DNA of 29,285 nucleotides from a virus. Taxonomy: Duplodnaviria > Caudoviricetes. Shown one piece after another: positions 16,755 through 24,376 of this stretch. The notes under the pieces were generated by a model. That model was not told the origin of the DNA and did no database searches. It saw nothing but the letters and a program-made list of their open reading frames with translations. The stretch lies in the IMG/VR virus record IMGVR_UViG_3300011115_000256, positions 1-29,285 of that record. One strand, 5' to 3'. The position numbers were made by a program, and so were the translations under genes. Within the stretch, counting starts at the first letter, position 1, and the number at the start of each line of letters is the position of its first letter.

Positions 16755-17064
16755 CAGGCTTGTCCTCCATCCTAAGATGGGCTAACAACTCCTGCAAAGC
16801 AAACTTATTGTCTGGATATTGTTTAATATACGTCTCAATCTCGTGCAATACGAACTGATAGCCGCTGTTAAATCCTTTGATGTACTCAGACATGGTGGCC
16901 TCTGGTTGTGGCCTCTTACACTTCTTATGCGTGTCAATGAAGTAATCCATAGCGTCAATGATTACGTTGATTGGCGCAGGCATGAAGGGCGGCTCTTCTT
17001 CTGTGCCGCAGAACTCGCACTTGAACTTGCCGTTCAGGCTGTTAGTAATGACGTGGTCGCTCAT
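16744..17064 (-). CDS. Hypothetical protein with Zn-finger-like motif
   Basis: CEFCG...HKKC. Confidence 0.7.
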   Translation of the reverse strand: MSDHVITNSLNGKFKCEFCGTEEEPPFMPAPINVIIDAMDYFIDTHKKCKRPQPEATMSEYIKGFNSGYQFVLHEIETYIKQYPDNKFALQELLAHLRMEDKPDAT

Positions 17065-17303
17065 TCTGTGACCCTCTCTAAGAACACTGGAGTCTGTTCA
17101 CCTATCCACGAGCCAGCCATGTTGAACTGATACCAATCCCAAGCATCCTGCTCGTCCATACCCTGTTTCATTAAAATCTTAATAACCATAGCTAAGTCGT
17201 AGCAAATTACTTCTAAGCCCATTCTGGTTACGACACCAATGATTGCCTCGTCATAACCATCCATAGTCGCAAGGTCTGGATACTTTTCTTTTAAATTTCT
17301 CAT
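17061..17303 (-). CDS. Hypothetical phage protein
   Basis: Likely start MRNLKEKY at 17303 (TAATG coupling, GAGGT SD); DGYDEAIIG...YD...FNMAGSWIGEQTPVF. Confidence 0.75.
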   Translation of the reverse strand: MRNLKEKYPDLATMDGYDEAIIGVVTRMGLEVICYDLAMVIKILMKQGMDEQDAWDWYQFNMAGSWIGEQTPVFLERVTE

Positions 17304-17521
17304 TACGCCACCTCTTGCACAGGTTTTAAGTACCACGCCATAGATTCATAACGCAATTCTGCATCGCGAGAAGATTCCAAAACTGCAATAACTTTGGATG
17401 TAATCTTGCGTGCCTTTAATTCTTTATTGGCCTGAATCAAAGTAGGCATTTTTGTAAAATCACCTAAAAATATTTCAGATGAACCTGTTTTATTTAAAGC
17501 TACAAACGCATAAGTTTTCAT
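17303..17521 (-). CDS. Hypothetical protein
   Basis: 72 aa, AAGGA SD, AT-rich. Confidence 0.65.
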   Translation of the reverse strand: MKTYAFVALNKTGSSEIFLGDFTKMPTLIQANKELKARKITSKVIAVLESSRDAELRYESMAWYLKPVQEVA

Positions 17522-17535
17522 TTTATTCCTTTGTA

Positions 17536-17739
17536 TTAATGTAATTTGATAACGCCAGAGCCAAACTTGGCCTTGGCATATGTTTTAACTTGGGCAAGAA
17601 CATCGTCGTAAGAGTTAGCCCAAAACTCGATTGGTGTACCTTTTAATTCTGGAACATTTGTGTTGATGCACAACTCAGAACTCTCGCCCATAAACACGTT
17701 TGTGTCCTCTTGGTAAATCCATAAATTAATTGTTTTCAT
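17536..17739 (-). CDS. Hypothetical protein
   Basis: Likely start MKTINLWIYQ at 17739 after a UUCG hairpin and AAAGCGAATCGGTT; the longer track ORF overlaps the upstream gene. Confidence 0.7.
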   Translation of the reverse strand: MKTINLWIYQEDTNVFMGESSELCINTNVPELKGTPIEFWANSYDDVLAQVKTYAKAKFGSGVIKLH

Positions 17740-17785
17740 AACCGATTCGCTTTCGTTTGGGTTAGCCCCCGAAGGGGCTGGTTGA

Positions 17786-18109
17786 TTACCACTGTCCAAA
17801 AAATGTTCTAAAAGATTTAGCTGTTTCGTAGGTATTAAAGTCATCCAATGAATTCCATACCGCGTACAACTTGTCGCCTCTTTGGCTTTGACCAATTTCG
17901 ATAATTTTTCCATCAACTGATTTGTAAACCTTTGGATAACTATCGTCGCCCCAGTACCGACCACGCAACTTAGTTAAAACGTCAGTCTCTGACATTTCAT
18001 ACGACTTGATTGGTTGCGCCCATGAGTAAGTAGTAGGCTTAACTACATTTGGATGTTTCTCTTCAAAGTCAGCCAAGTATGCTAAGTAAATTTCGTTCAT
18101 TTGTCCCAT
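17786..18109 (-). CDS. Hypothetical protein
   Basis: 107 aa, GGAG SD, flanked by two GC tetraloop hairpins. Confidence 0.7.
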   Translation of the reverse strand: MGQMNEIYLAYLADFEEKHPNVVKPTTYSWAQPIKSYEMSETDVLTKLRGRYWGDDSYPKVYKSVDGKIIEIGQSQRGDKLYAVWNSLDDFNTYETAKSFRTFFGQW

Positions 18110-18149
18110 TTTATTTCTCCCAAAGTAAGCCCCCGTAGGGGCTATTTAA

Positions 18150-18443
18150 TTATCGTGAAGTAACCTTAACGCTAAATACAGCAGTAGTCTTTGTATGACG
18201 AGCAATCTGTTCTGCTGTCGCGCCCAACTCAGCTAACAATGCTTTGTTGTCAACTACAGAGCGGTTGCTCTCGATGTATGTAGCCTTGAAGAGGTTACCT
18301 TCGATAACCTTGTCGCCACCTAAGCTGGCGCTGTCTTTGATGCCGTCTTTGATAGCGTCTGCCTGCTTAGTTAATTCGGCGATTTGAGCCAATAGGTTAC
18401 CGAGTGTATCTACCTGAGTTAATTCGATGTCATTTAGTTTCAT
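18150..18443 (-). CDS. Hypothetical protein (first gene after promoter cassette 3)
   Basis: 97 aa; VDTLGNLLAQIAELTKQADAIKDGIK; ATG after AAAGCGAA-TT. Confidence 0.8.
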   Translation of the reverse strand: MKLNDIELTQVDTLGNLLAQIAELTKQADAIKDGIKDSASLGGDKVIEGNLFKATYIESNRSVVDNKALLAELGATAEQIARHTKTTAVFSVKVTSR

Positions 18444-18497
18444 AATTCGCTTTCGTTTGGTTACCTGCTTTGCAACATTTGCTTAGTCAGTGATGCT

Positions 18498-18560
18498 AGT
18501 TTAACACCACGTTAAACGATGTCAACATCTTTTTATATTTATTTTCTAAGGAAAACCCTA
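18498..18560 (-). promoter_or_regulatory. Early promoter cassette copy 3
   Basis: TAGGGTTTTCCTTA box, AT tract, TTGACA-16 nt-TAAACT with extended -10 TG. Confidence 0.8.
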
Positions 18561-18857
18561 ATGTTGCTCTTGTGCAACACCTAACAATTCCAACGTATCT
18601 TTAAGTAAGTCAGCCTCGTCGTACCCATAGTGTTTAGGGAACGCTTTAGTGCCAAGGCCATGCAAGCCCGTAGCGCCACGATGATGCTCAGGACAGAGCG
18701 GTATAACACTCATGTTGTCAGAACGCCCCCAGCCCCCCGCTAATCGCCTCGGATGATGTAATTCCGCAGGCGTTCCCTCGTAACCCATCCTGCGGCATAC
18801 AGCACAACCTAATTCAGCTACCGCGTTCATGTGCTTACGCTCTGCTTTGGTAGTCAT
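18558..18857 (-). CDS. Ref-like (recombination enhancement) HNH/Zn nuclease
   Basis: VAELGCAVC...AELHHPR...VIPLCPEHHR...GLHG: CxxC, HH and CxxHH pattern of the P1 Ref/DUF968-like HNH proteins. Confidence 0.75.
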   Translation of the reverse strand: MTTKAERKHMNAVAELGCAVCRRMGYEGTPAELHHPRRLAGGWGRSDNMSVIPLCPEHHRGATGLHGLGTKAFPKHYGYDEADLLKDTLELLGVAQEQH

Positions 18858-19075
18858 TTACTTTCGGCTTTTTTTAATATTGCTCTGGCAAACAAAACAT
18901 AAGCCTCTTCCATTGTGGCTCCGTCTATGACTGGCATAGTCCTAGCAGTGTCTAGGATTTCCTCGTCAGTCAACTGATGCCTTTTATAAAGAGGCGTTAA
19001 TTCAAACATAGGGTTTGGTGGCAGTTCTTTAAACAACACGCCTTCTTCTGACATATACGCTACTGATTCAGTCAT
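18854..19075 (-). CDS. Hypothetical protein
   Basis: Likely start MTESVAY (ATGA overlap); LTDEEI...FARAILKKA motif; N-terminus paralogous to the adjacent gene. Confidence 0.7.
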   Translation of the reverse strand: MTESVAYMSEEGVLFKELPPNPMFELTPLYKRHQLTDEEILDTARTMPVIDGATMEEAYVLFARAILKKAESK

Positions 19076-19332
19076 TTCCCATCCCTCCACGCTACAAAAT
19101 GTTCACGCAAGTTTTGTTCCTGTAAATACTTTTGCATCAGCGTTACCTCTTCTCTTAGCAAAACTATTAAGTCTGTTTGTGGTTGCTCTTTAACTATGGG
19201 TTGCTCTTTAACTAAGTTATGCAATGCTTGTATTTCAGAAGATGTATACAACGGACTTAATTTAAGTATTGAATCAGGTGGTGACTCTTTAAACAATATA
19301 CCGCCATCAGATATGTATGCACTTGGTTTCAT
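19072..19332 (-). CDS. Hypothetical protein
   Basis: 86 aa, ATGA overlaps on both sides. Confidence 0.7.
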   Translation of the reverse strand: MKPSAYISDGGILFKESPPDSILKLSPLYTSSEIQALHNLVKEQPIVKEQPQTDLIVLLREEVTLMQKYLQEQNLREHFVAWRDGK

Positions 19333-19511
19333 TTCATGTCTCCGTTAATAATTAATTTGCCGTCATCTACAACACCATCTTTCCCAATAATTTCATACGT
19401 TTTACCCATATAAGAATCTAATATATTGTTTTGTATTTCTACAAATTCTTTTGCTTTATAGGTGGCAACTTTAACTGTAAATGTAATTTCAATTTCTTTA
19501 AGTTCGTTCAT
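19329..19511 (-). CDS. Hypothetical protein
   Basis: 60 aa, ATGA coupling, AT-rich. Confidence 0.65.
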   Translation of the reverse strand: MNELKEIEITFTVKVATYKAKEFVEIQNNILDSYMGKTYEIIGKDGVVDDGKLIINGDMK

Positions 19512-19780
19512 TTGTTCCTCGCTTTCATCATTGCATCTGCAAATTTATACGCAACATTTGCATACCCATCATACGGAAACTCATCATACGGAAACCCATC
19601 CATATCATCAATATACCAACAACTATCATCGCCTCTACTACCCTTTAACGGTAGCCCCATATGCTTCATGGCTTGAGCCGCAAAGTAATCCCTCAACTCC
19701 ATGCCAGCATTTACTTCATTGATTGCACGAACTTGTCCCATTTCAGAAACTGTTAATTGTATATTTGGAAATGCTTTCAT
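19508..19780 (-). CDS. Hypothetical phage protein (GMxLRDYFAA family)
   Basis: AFP...GMELRDYFAAQAM...AYKFADAMMKAR, a motif set common in proteobacterial phages. Confidence 0.8.
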   Translation of the reverse strand: MKAFPNIQLTVSEMGQVRAINEVNAGMELRDYFAAQAMKHMGLPLKGSRGDDSCWYIDDMDGFPYDEFPYDGYANVAYKFADAMMKARNK

Positions 19781-19977
19781 CTATCGCTCCTCATTGTTCG
19801 TTTGGCCTCTTCGCAAAACTTGGCAAATTCTTTTGGTATGTCAGGATGCCATCCGCCAAGTAGTAATTCACAGTTCAACTTGTAGACTTCCTCTTTACGA
19901 CTAAGTTCTGTCAAATAAATAAGGAAGCCACAAAATGTAATCCACATTGCAATGCACCAAAACATTTGTTTTCTCAT
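19777..19977 (-). CDS. Small membrane protein
   Basis: N-terminal hydrophobic helix; C...GGWHPDIP...C. Confidence 0.7.
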   Translation of the reverse strand: MRKQMFWCIAMWITFCGFLIYLTELSRKEEVYKLNCELLLGGWHPDIPKEFAKFCEEAKRTMRSDR

Positions 19978-19983
19978 AGTTTT

Positions 19984-20355
19984 TCAGTCGTTGATTTCTT
20001 TTAATCGCTCTTGACGTCGACCCGCATCAAACCCTGCAAGGTATGCACGTCGCTCAATAGAATATTGGTTTGGTTGATGACTATGCTCCCAAGCATTAAA
20101 AGATTGAATGCTGGCTCCCAATACAACAGGTTGGGTCTTACGCAAGTCCTCAGCGTCTCTGGCCTCCTGCTCCCTTGCAATACGCTCGAACTCCTCATCT
20201 TCTGGTGTCTTCATAATCATTCTCCAAAGTGAATAAAACATAAAAAAAAGTGCCGTGCCAAACAATACATGGTTGTGAAGCACCCATCCATCAGCCAAGC
20301 AAACTACCCAAGCCAAACCGTGGACGATGCCCCAATGAAAATTATTAAAACGCAT
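19984..20355 (-). CDS. Hypothetical membrane protein
   Basis: Two N-terminal hydrophobic segments followed by TPEDEEFERIARE. Confidence 0.65.
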   Translation of the reverse strand: MRFNNFHWGIVHGLAWVVCLADGWVLHNHVLFGTALFFMFYSLWRMIMKTPEDEEFERIAREQEARDAEDLRKTQPVVLGASIQSFNAWEHSHQPNQYSIERRAYLAGFDAGRRQERLKEIND

Positions 20356-20608
20356 ATCTATTGGCGCAGATAACGTCGATGACGGTCTCGGCGGTATAAC
20401 CGTTGACTAATCTCTTGCCGTACACCAAACGCGGTCGTAAGCCCACCTCTTGACAATCCTTGATGGCATCAATCTGCTCACCACGAGTTAGTGGTTGGAT
20501 ATTCCTATCCATCACTAAGTTCTGCGTTGTATAGATTGGGCCTTCAACTACTCTTGGGCTTGAACAACCAACCAATACGCTTACCACTAAAAGTAAAATT
20601 GTTTTCAT
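20345..20608 (-). CDS. Putative lipoprotein
   Basis: MKTILLLVVSVLVGC: signal peptide with lipobox-like LVGC. Confidence 0.65.
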   Translation of the reverse strand: MKTILLLVVSVLVGCSSPRVVEGPIYTTQNLVMDRNIQPLTRGEQIDAIKDCQEVGLRPRLVYGKRLVNGYTAETVIDVICANRYAF

Positions 20609-20937
20609 AGCGTTGCCTTTCCTTCTGCTCTATTATTTGCCTGCTCAGTGCGCCATATCTCTACACGCAACTCTGCGGCGGTTATGTCCCACTTCAGTTT
20701 TTCTTCTATTTCTACTGCGGCCTGCAATCCTTTTAGCAACTCCACCATCTCTGGGTGAGCATATGCCTCACGCTCCTGCGCACCGATTGCCGTTTCCATA
20801 CTTCGCTTCATTAAGATACCTTTGAGCGATTTGCGATAATGCTCAATGTAGGTACGCTCTGCCTTAGCCTTGGCAAACAATGCGGCGTGCTTTAGGATGT
20901 AGTCAACCGCTTTATGCGGGTCTCTTTCTTCACTCAT
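20605..20937 (-). CDS. Hypothetical coiled-coil phage protein
   Basis: AKAKAER...RKSLK...QEREAYA...AVEIEEKLKW...IWRTEQANNR. Confidence 0.8.
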   Translation of the reverse strand: MSEERDPHKAVDYILKHAALFAKAKAERTYIEHYRKSLKGILMKRSMETAIGAQEREAYAHPEMVELLKGLQAAVEIEEKLKWDITAAELRVEIWRTEQANNRAEGKATL

Positions 20938-21064
20938 AGTAAACCTTTCTTTTTGCGCGATTACGCTTAATTACCATTGCAATAAAACCTACCATACATA
21001 TCCAAAACATGAAACCAGACATTGCCATAAATGCCCAAAAAAATTCACCAAATGTATTAAACAT
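20930..21064 (-). CDS. Small membrane protein (44 aa)
   Basis: Not in track. MFNTFGEFFWAFMAMSGFMFWICMVGFIAMVIKRNRAKRKVYYE; AAGGAG SD. Confidence 0.65.
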   Translation of the reverse strand: MFNTFGEFFWAFMAMSGFMFWICMVGFIAMVIKRNRAKRKVYYE

Positions 21065-21187
21065 TTATTTCTCCTTATTCGGCTTACACAGCCAGTAGTA
21101 CCACGTTACAAAACAAACAAACAACCAAGTTATTATTCCAGTCACCAAAAAAATTAAGCCAAGAATATTTAAAAGAGCGTCCATCAT
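21065..21187 (-). CDS. Small membrane protein (40 aa)
   Basis: Not in track. MMDALLNILGLIFLVTGIITWLFVCFVTWYYWLCKPNKEK; ATGA overlap, stop abuts next ATG. Confidence 0.65.
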   Translation of the reverse strand: MMDALLNILGLIFLVTGIITWLFVCFVTWYYWLCKPNKEK

Positions 21188-21348
21188 TCATTCCTTTTGT
21201 TAATAAAGTCTTCTCGCACCTCCATCATTGCCTGCGCTTGCTCATATGCCTCATATGCAACATCTATCTTTGACATTCCCTTGACTGGCTTTAGCCTATC
21301 CAAAGCAAACATGGCAAAGATGTCAATTAATTCTGGTTCTGTTTTCAT
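21184..21348 (-). CDS. Small hypothetical protein (54 aa)
   Basis: Not in track. MKTEPELIDIFAMFALDRL...AYEAYEQAQAMMEVREDFINKRNE; resembles 19508..19780. Confidence 0.7.
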   Translation of the reverse strand: MKTEPELIDIFAMFALDRLKPVKGMSKIDVAYEAYEQAQAMMEVREDFINKRNE

Positions 21349-21467
21349 TTACGACTCTTTTCTTTTTCAACAACGTAATGCGTAACGCGGTCATGTAATA
21401 AGTCAATCAAAGGCGGCTCCCCTGAAAACAAAAAGTACACAACCACCAACGAAATAATCCAATTCAT
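21345..21467 (-). CDS. Small membrane/secreted protein (40 aa)
   Basis: Not in track. MNWIISLVVVYFLFSGEPPLIDLLHDRVTHYVVEKEKSRK; ATGA overlaps at both ends. Confidence 0.65.
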   Translation of the reverse strand: MNWIISLVVVYFLFSGEPPLIDLLHDRVTHYVVEKEKSRK

Positions 21468-21817
21468 AAAATACCCTCTATGGTTATCTTTACCATACCC
21501 CCTACCTCGTCTGCCCAATACACCCGTAAGTCTTCAATCAAGGCGTCATCCTGCATAACCCCAGCGTAGGTCATGGAGTCAAGCAATGCCTTCAAAAGAT
21601 TATCTAAATCGCGGCGTCGACGGTCTGGCCTAAAGCATTGAATCTCTACCTTCACCGCGTAGTCAATGTGCTTGGCGGCGTGTTGAATTAAGACTTGGTC
21701 AGCTACAGCCTTGCGATACTCGCGCCCCTTCGCGCTAACAATCGTTCGACCACCAAAGTTACGCCAATAAGTGTTAACCGTGGGAGGCCACGGCAGTGTT
21801 AGTTCAATCATTTCCAT
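21464..21817 (-). CDS. rusA: RusA-family Holliday junction resolvase
   Basis: LPWPPTVNTYWR, PDRRRRDLDNLLKALLDSM, DDALI. Confidence 0.92.
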   Translation of the reverse strand: MEMIELTLPWPPTVNTYWRNFGGRTIVSAKGREYRKAVADQVLIQHAAKHIDYAVKVEIQCFRPDRRRRDLDNLLKALLDSMTYAGVMQDDALIEDLRVYWADEVGGMVKITIEGIL

Positions 21818-22071
21818 TCTCCATCTTGGCCTCGATTACCCTTGGCCCATTGTTCTCTAATATCCGCTTCAAGGCGGGACTCAGGATGTAATGCATTCCA
21901 CCCTTTAAAATACTTGCCATCTTTACCCATTCCACCGTTAAGCCAAACGTGCGCTTCTTGACGGTCTTTCATTCGCATCTTGATAATTCCTCGAACGAGA
22001 CAACGATGCCTGTGTTCATCATCGCCTTCGCCCTCGTTCCAAACTCGCTTACCTGAAATGAGGCCAGTCAA
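21808..22071 (-). CDS. Hypothetical protein
   Basis: EHRHRCLVR...EQWAKGNRG..GEW; start uncertain. Confidence 0.65.
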   Translation of the reverse strand: MTGLISGKRVWNEGEGDDEHRHRCLVRGIIKMRMKDRQEAHVWLNGGMGKDGKYFKGWNALHPESRLEADIREQWAKGNRGQDGEWK

Positions 22072-23069
22072 AATGCACCTCCATTGTCAAAAGACATTGG
22101 CACTGAATCATTGTTCTCAACAAACTGCTGACTGTCTTTGAGATACCAAAGCGAATACCAATCCTCAGACTCGCCATTACGTTGCTTCTCGCACATGAGG
22201 TAGGCGTCTGGAATCATTGGGTCAACAGAACCGTTCTGAGCGTCGTGTTCTTTTTTCTTGTTGCGCCATACCATCAAGACGTTATCCACTTGGTCACTAA
22301 TTGAGCCTGAGCCTTTGATGTCATTTTTATTTGGCTTAATCTCTTCGCTTTGCAACTTACGAATGTGATGAATCAAATGAATATGAACATTGTGGTCACG
22401 AGCCAATGACGTTAACTCATCAACAAATGCCTTCTGTGCGTTGTAATCATCCTCACCAGATACGCACTTCATCAATGAGTCAATGAAGATATGCTGTACA
22501 CCTAATTCCATTGCGCTGTAGCGTGATACCGCAATGACCTGCTGTGCTGTCACAGTTCCCTGTTGGTCATACAACCATAGGTTCGCGTGAGCAAAGTTTC
22601 GCATACGCATAATCAATGCAGATAGGTACTTGTGCTTATCAGCATAACGCGGGAAGTCAATATTCTCACCTGCGAATTGGCGAAGCATACGAAACAATGT
22701 ACGCTTAGGCTTCATCTCAAACGAGGCAATCATTACGCGCTGATTTTGCTTAATCAAACCCATAGCAATCTGGCCTGTAACCATTGACTTACCACCGCCG
22801 TTACCACCCGCATACAACGTCACCTCACCTGCACGGAACTGGAACCCTGCATGGGTCTTTGCCCAAGGCATAGTTTGTGACGCCTCTATCACTGGACTGG
22901 CTAACTCAGCTTCAATCTCATCTAAGAATTCACCAGCACCCTTGACCTTTTGTGCTACGTCATGGGCTTTGAGATACTTCTCAAAATCCACCTCATCTGG
23001 ACGCACAATACGAATACGACGAGCCTCGTCTAACTCTTGCGCACGTTTTTGAATTTCAGAGGTTTGCAT
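22068..23069 (-). CDS. DnaB/T7 gp4-like (SF4) replicative helicase, no primase domain
   Basis: FRAGEVTLYAGGNGGGKS, SFEM, IFIDSL, HLIHHIRK, DIKGSGSISDQVDN, CEKQRNG. Confidence 0.9.
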   Translation of the reverse strand: MQTSEIQKRAQELDEARRIRIVRPDEVDFEKYLKAHDVAQKVKGAGEFLDEIEAELASPVIEASQTMPWAKTHAGFQFRAGEVTLYAGGNGGGKSMVTGQIAMGLIKQNQRVMIASFEMKPKRTLFRMLRQFAGENIDFPRYADKHKYLSALIMRMRNFAHANLWLYDQQGTVTAQQVIAVSRYSAMELGVQHIFIDSLMKCVSGEDDYNAQKAFVDELTSLARDHNVHIHLIHHIRKLQSEEIKPNKNDIKGSGSISDQVDNVLMVWRNKKKEHDAQNGSVDPMIPDAYLMCEKQRNGESEDWYSLWYLKDSQQFVENNDSVPMSFDNGGAF

Positions 23070-23490
23070 AGTTCATTGCCTCCTGTATGCGTTGATGGGC
23101 AACCTTGAGACGCGCCCTATCGTCTTCTTTTATAAACTTACCCACGCTCATGTCGTAAGCACAAATCGACACAACCAAACATTCAAAAGAAATGATTCTC
23201 AGTAAGTCACTTGCGTAGAACGCAGGCTTGAGACTCTTCTTGCCATCAACGGGATATTCACTACGCTTGTCGTCAGGCGGGAATAGGTCAGACAAATCCA
23301 TCCCCAAAGCCTGCACGACACTTAACGTCTCACAACCCGCAAAGCAGTGAATCAAAATACGACCGTCTGCATTTTCACGAATGGCAAGTGATGGCCCCTT
23401 ATCGTTATGCGCAGGACAACAAGCCGTCCAAGAACCATTACGACCCCTGACCTTAGTCAACATACCCAACATACGCTCGACTGGTGTCAT
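23056..23490 (-). CDS. Primase-type zinc-binding domain protein (no TOPRIM domain)
   Basis: ACCPAHNDKGPSL...IHCFAGC...DLF; likely start MTPVER at 23490 (ATGA overlap, GGAGG SD). Confidence 0.8.
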   Translation of the reverse strand: MTPVERMLGMLTKVRGRNGSWTACCPAHNDKGPSLAIRENADGRILIHCFAGCETLSVVQALGMDLSDLFPPDDKRSEYPVDGKKSLKPAFYASDLLRIISFECLVVSICAYDMSVGKFIKEDDRARLKVAHQRIQEAMNYANL

Positions 23491-24143
23491 ATCACCCTCC
23501 TGCCAATCGAAACCGAATCGGTTGTTGCGCCATCTTCCCAACGCTTCTGATTAATAAACGTCAAAGGAGATGGCTCAAAGCCAGAAATCCACTGTTCTGA
23601 GACCTTTAAAAGGGTCACCACGGCGTTTATTTTGTCGGTTAAGGGGTCAAGTGCTTGACGTTCCCATTTTGCCTTACAAGCGTTTTTAGCGACTTTTCGT
23701 TTTGAGGTAGGCCAATTGTTCCAAAACTCCTCAAATCGTGATGCTGTCGCTTGCGACGATATGGTTTTTATATTCTGTATCTGTATCTTCTTAGGGTTAT
23801 GATTCGCTTTCGATTCGATAACCGACTCGGTTTTTGATGGCCTGCCACCTCGCTTTCCGAGTTGTCGATTATTCTCTACTTGATGTTGATATTTAGTAAC
23901 TTCGACATGGCAACGATTGTTAAAATACCCTGTTTCGGTCTTTTCGAAAAACTCATTCAAAACCGATTCGGTTATGTCCAAATCTAAGCGTATTTTTCTC
24001 GCAACCGATTCGGTATCGAGTGGGATTTCTTTCTCGCTCATGTAGTACAAATCCATCAGACGACGATAAGCCAAATCCTCTGCATCTGATAGATGAACCG
24101 TGTGGGTGAGGTAGTCACCAATGTGAAATTTATACCATATCAT
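23487..24143 (-). CDS. DUF1376/YdaU-like replication initiator
   Basis: WYKFHIGDYLTHTVHLS..EDLAYRRLMDLYY, VLNEFF, GKRGGRP linker, C-terminal FEEFWNNWP...KVAK...PLTFINQKRWED. Confidence 0.85.
   Translation of the reverse strand: MIWYKFHIGDYLTHTVHLSDAEDLAYRRLMDLYYMSEKEIPLDTESVARKIRLDLDITESVLNEFFEKTETGYFNNRCHVEVTKYQHQVENNRQLGKRGGRPSKTESVIESKANHNPKKIQIQNIKTISSQATASRFEEFWNNWPTSKRKVAKNACKAKWERQALDPLTDKINAVVTLLKVSEQWISGFEPSPLTFINQKRWEDGATTDSVSIGRRVI
23511..24015. repeat. Four copies of palindrome AACCGA-N-TCGGTT inside the initiator gene (putative iterons/origin)
   Basis: Copies at 23511-23523, 23820-23832, 23961-23973 and 24003-24015 (one mismatch); degenerate 11-bp-period copies at 23798-23820. 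Confidence 0.65.
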
Positions 24144-24355
24144 CGCGCTGTCTTTCCAAAAATATCGGGTCGTAAATCTGCCCTCTTCACTTTCCTACCT
24201 GTAAGCAACTCAATGTCGCGTGCTAGTTCGGGGCTAGGTAGTTGTCGCCCTGTCACAACCAATGAAAACCATGTCTTGCTAATGCCCAATTTACGAGCCA
24301 TCGCAATCTTTGTTCCCCTTGGTTTATCCTGAAAAAACTCTTGTAGTGTCATCAT
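24140..24355 (-). CDS. Cro/YdaS-like HTH transcriptional regulator
   Basis: MARKLGISKTWFSLVVTGRQLPSPELARDIELLTGRKVKRADLRPDIF. Confidence 0.85.
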   Translation of the reverse strand: MMTLQEFFQDKPRGTKIAMARKLGISKTWFSLVVTGRQLPSPELARDIELLTGRKVKRADLRPDIFGKTAR

Positions 24356-24376
24356 TTCCCTTTCTTGGTTAATTGG

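Noticed and set aside
19562-19602. 15-bp tandem repeat encoding DGFPYDEFPYDGY
   Set aside because: Small slippage duplication in a variable loop, with no further structure.
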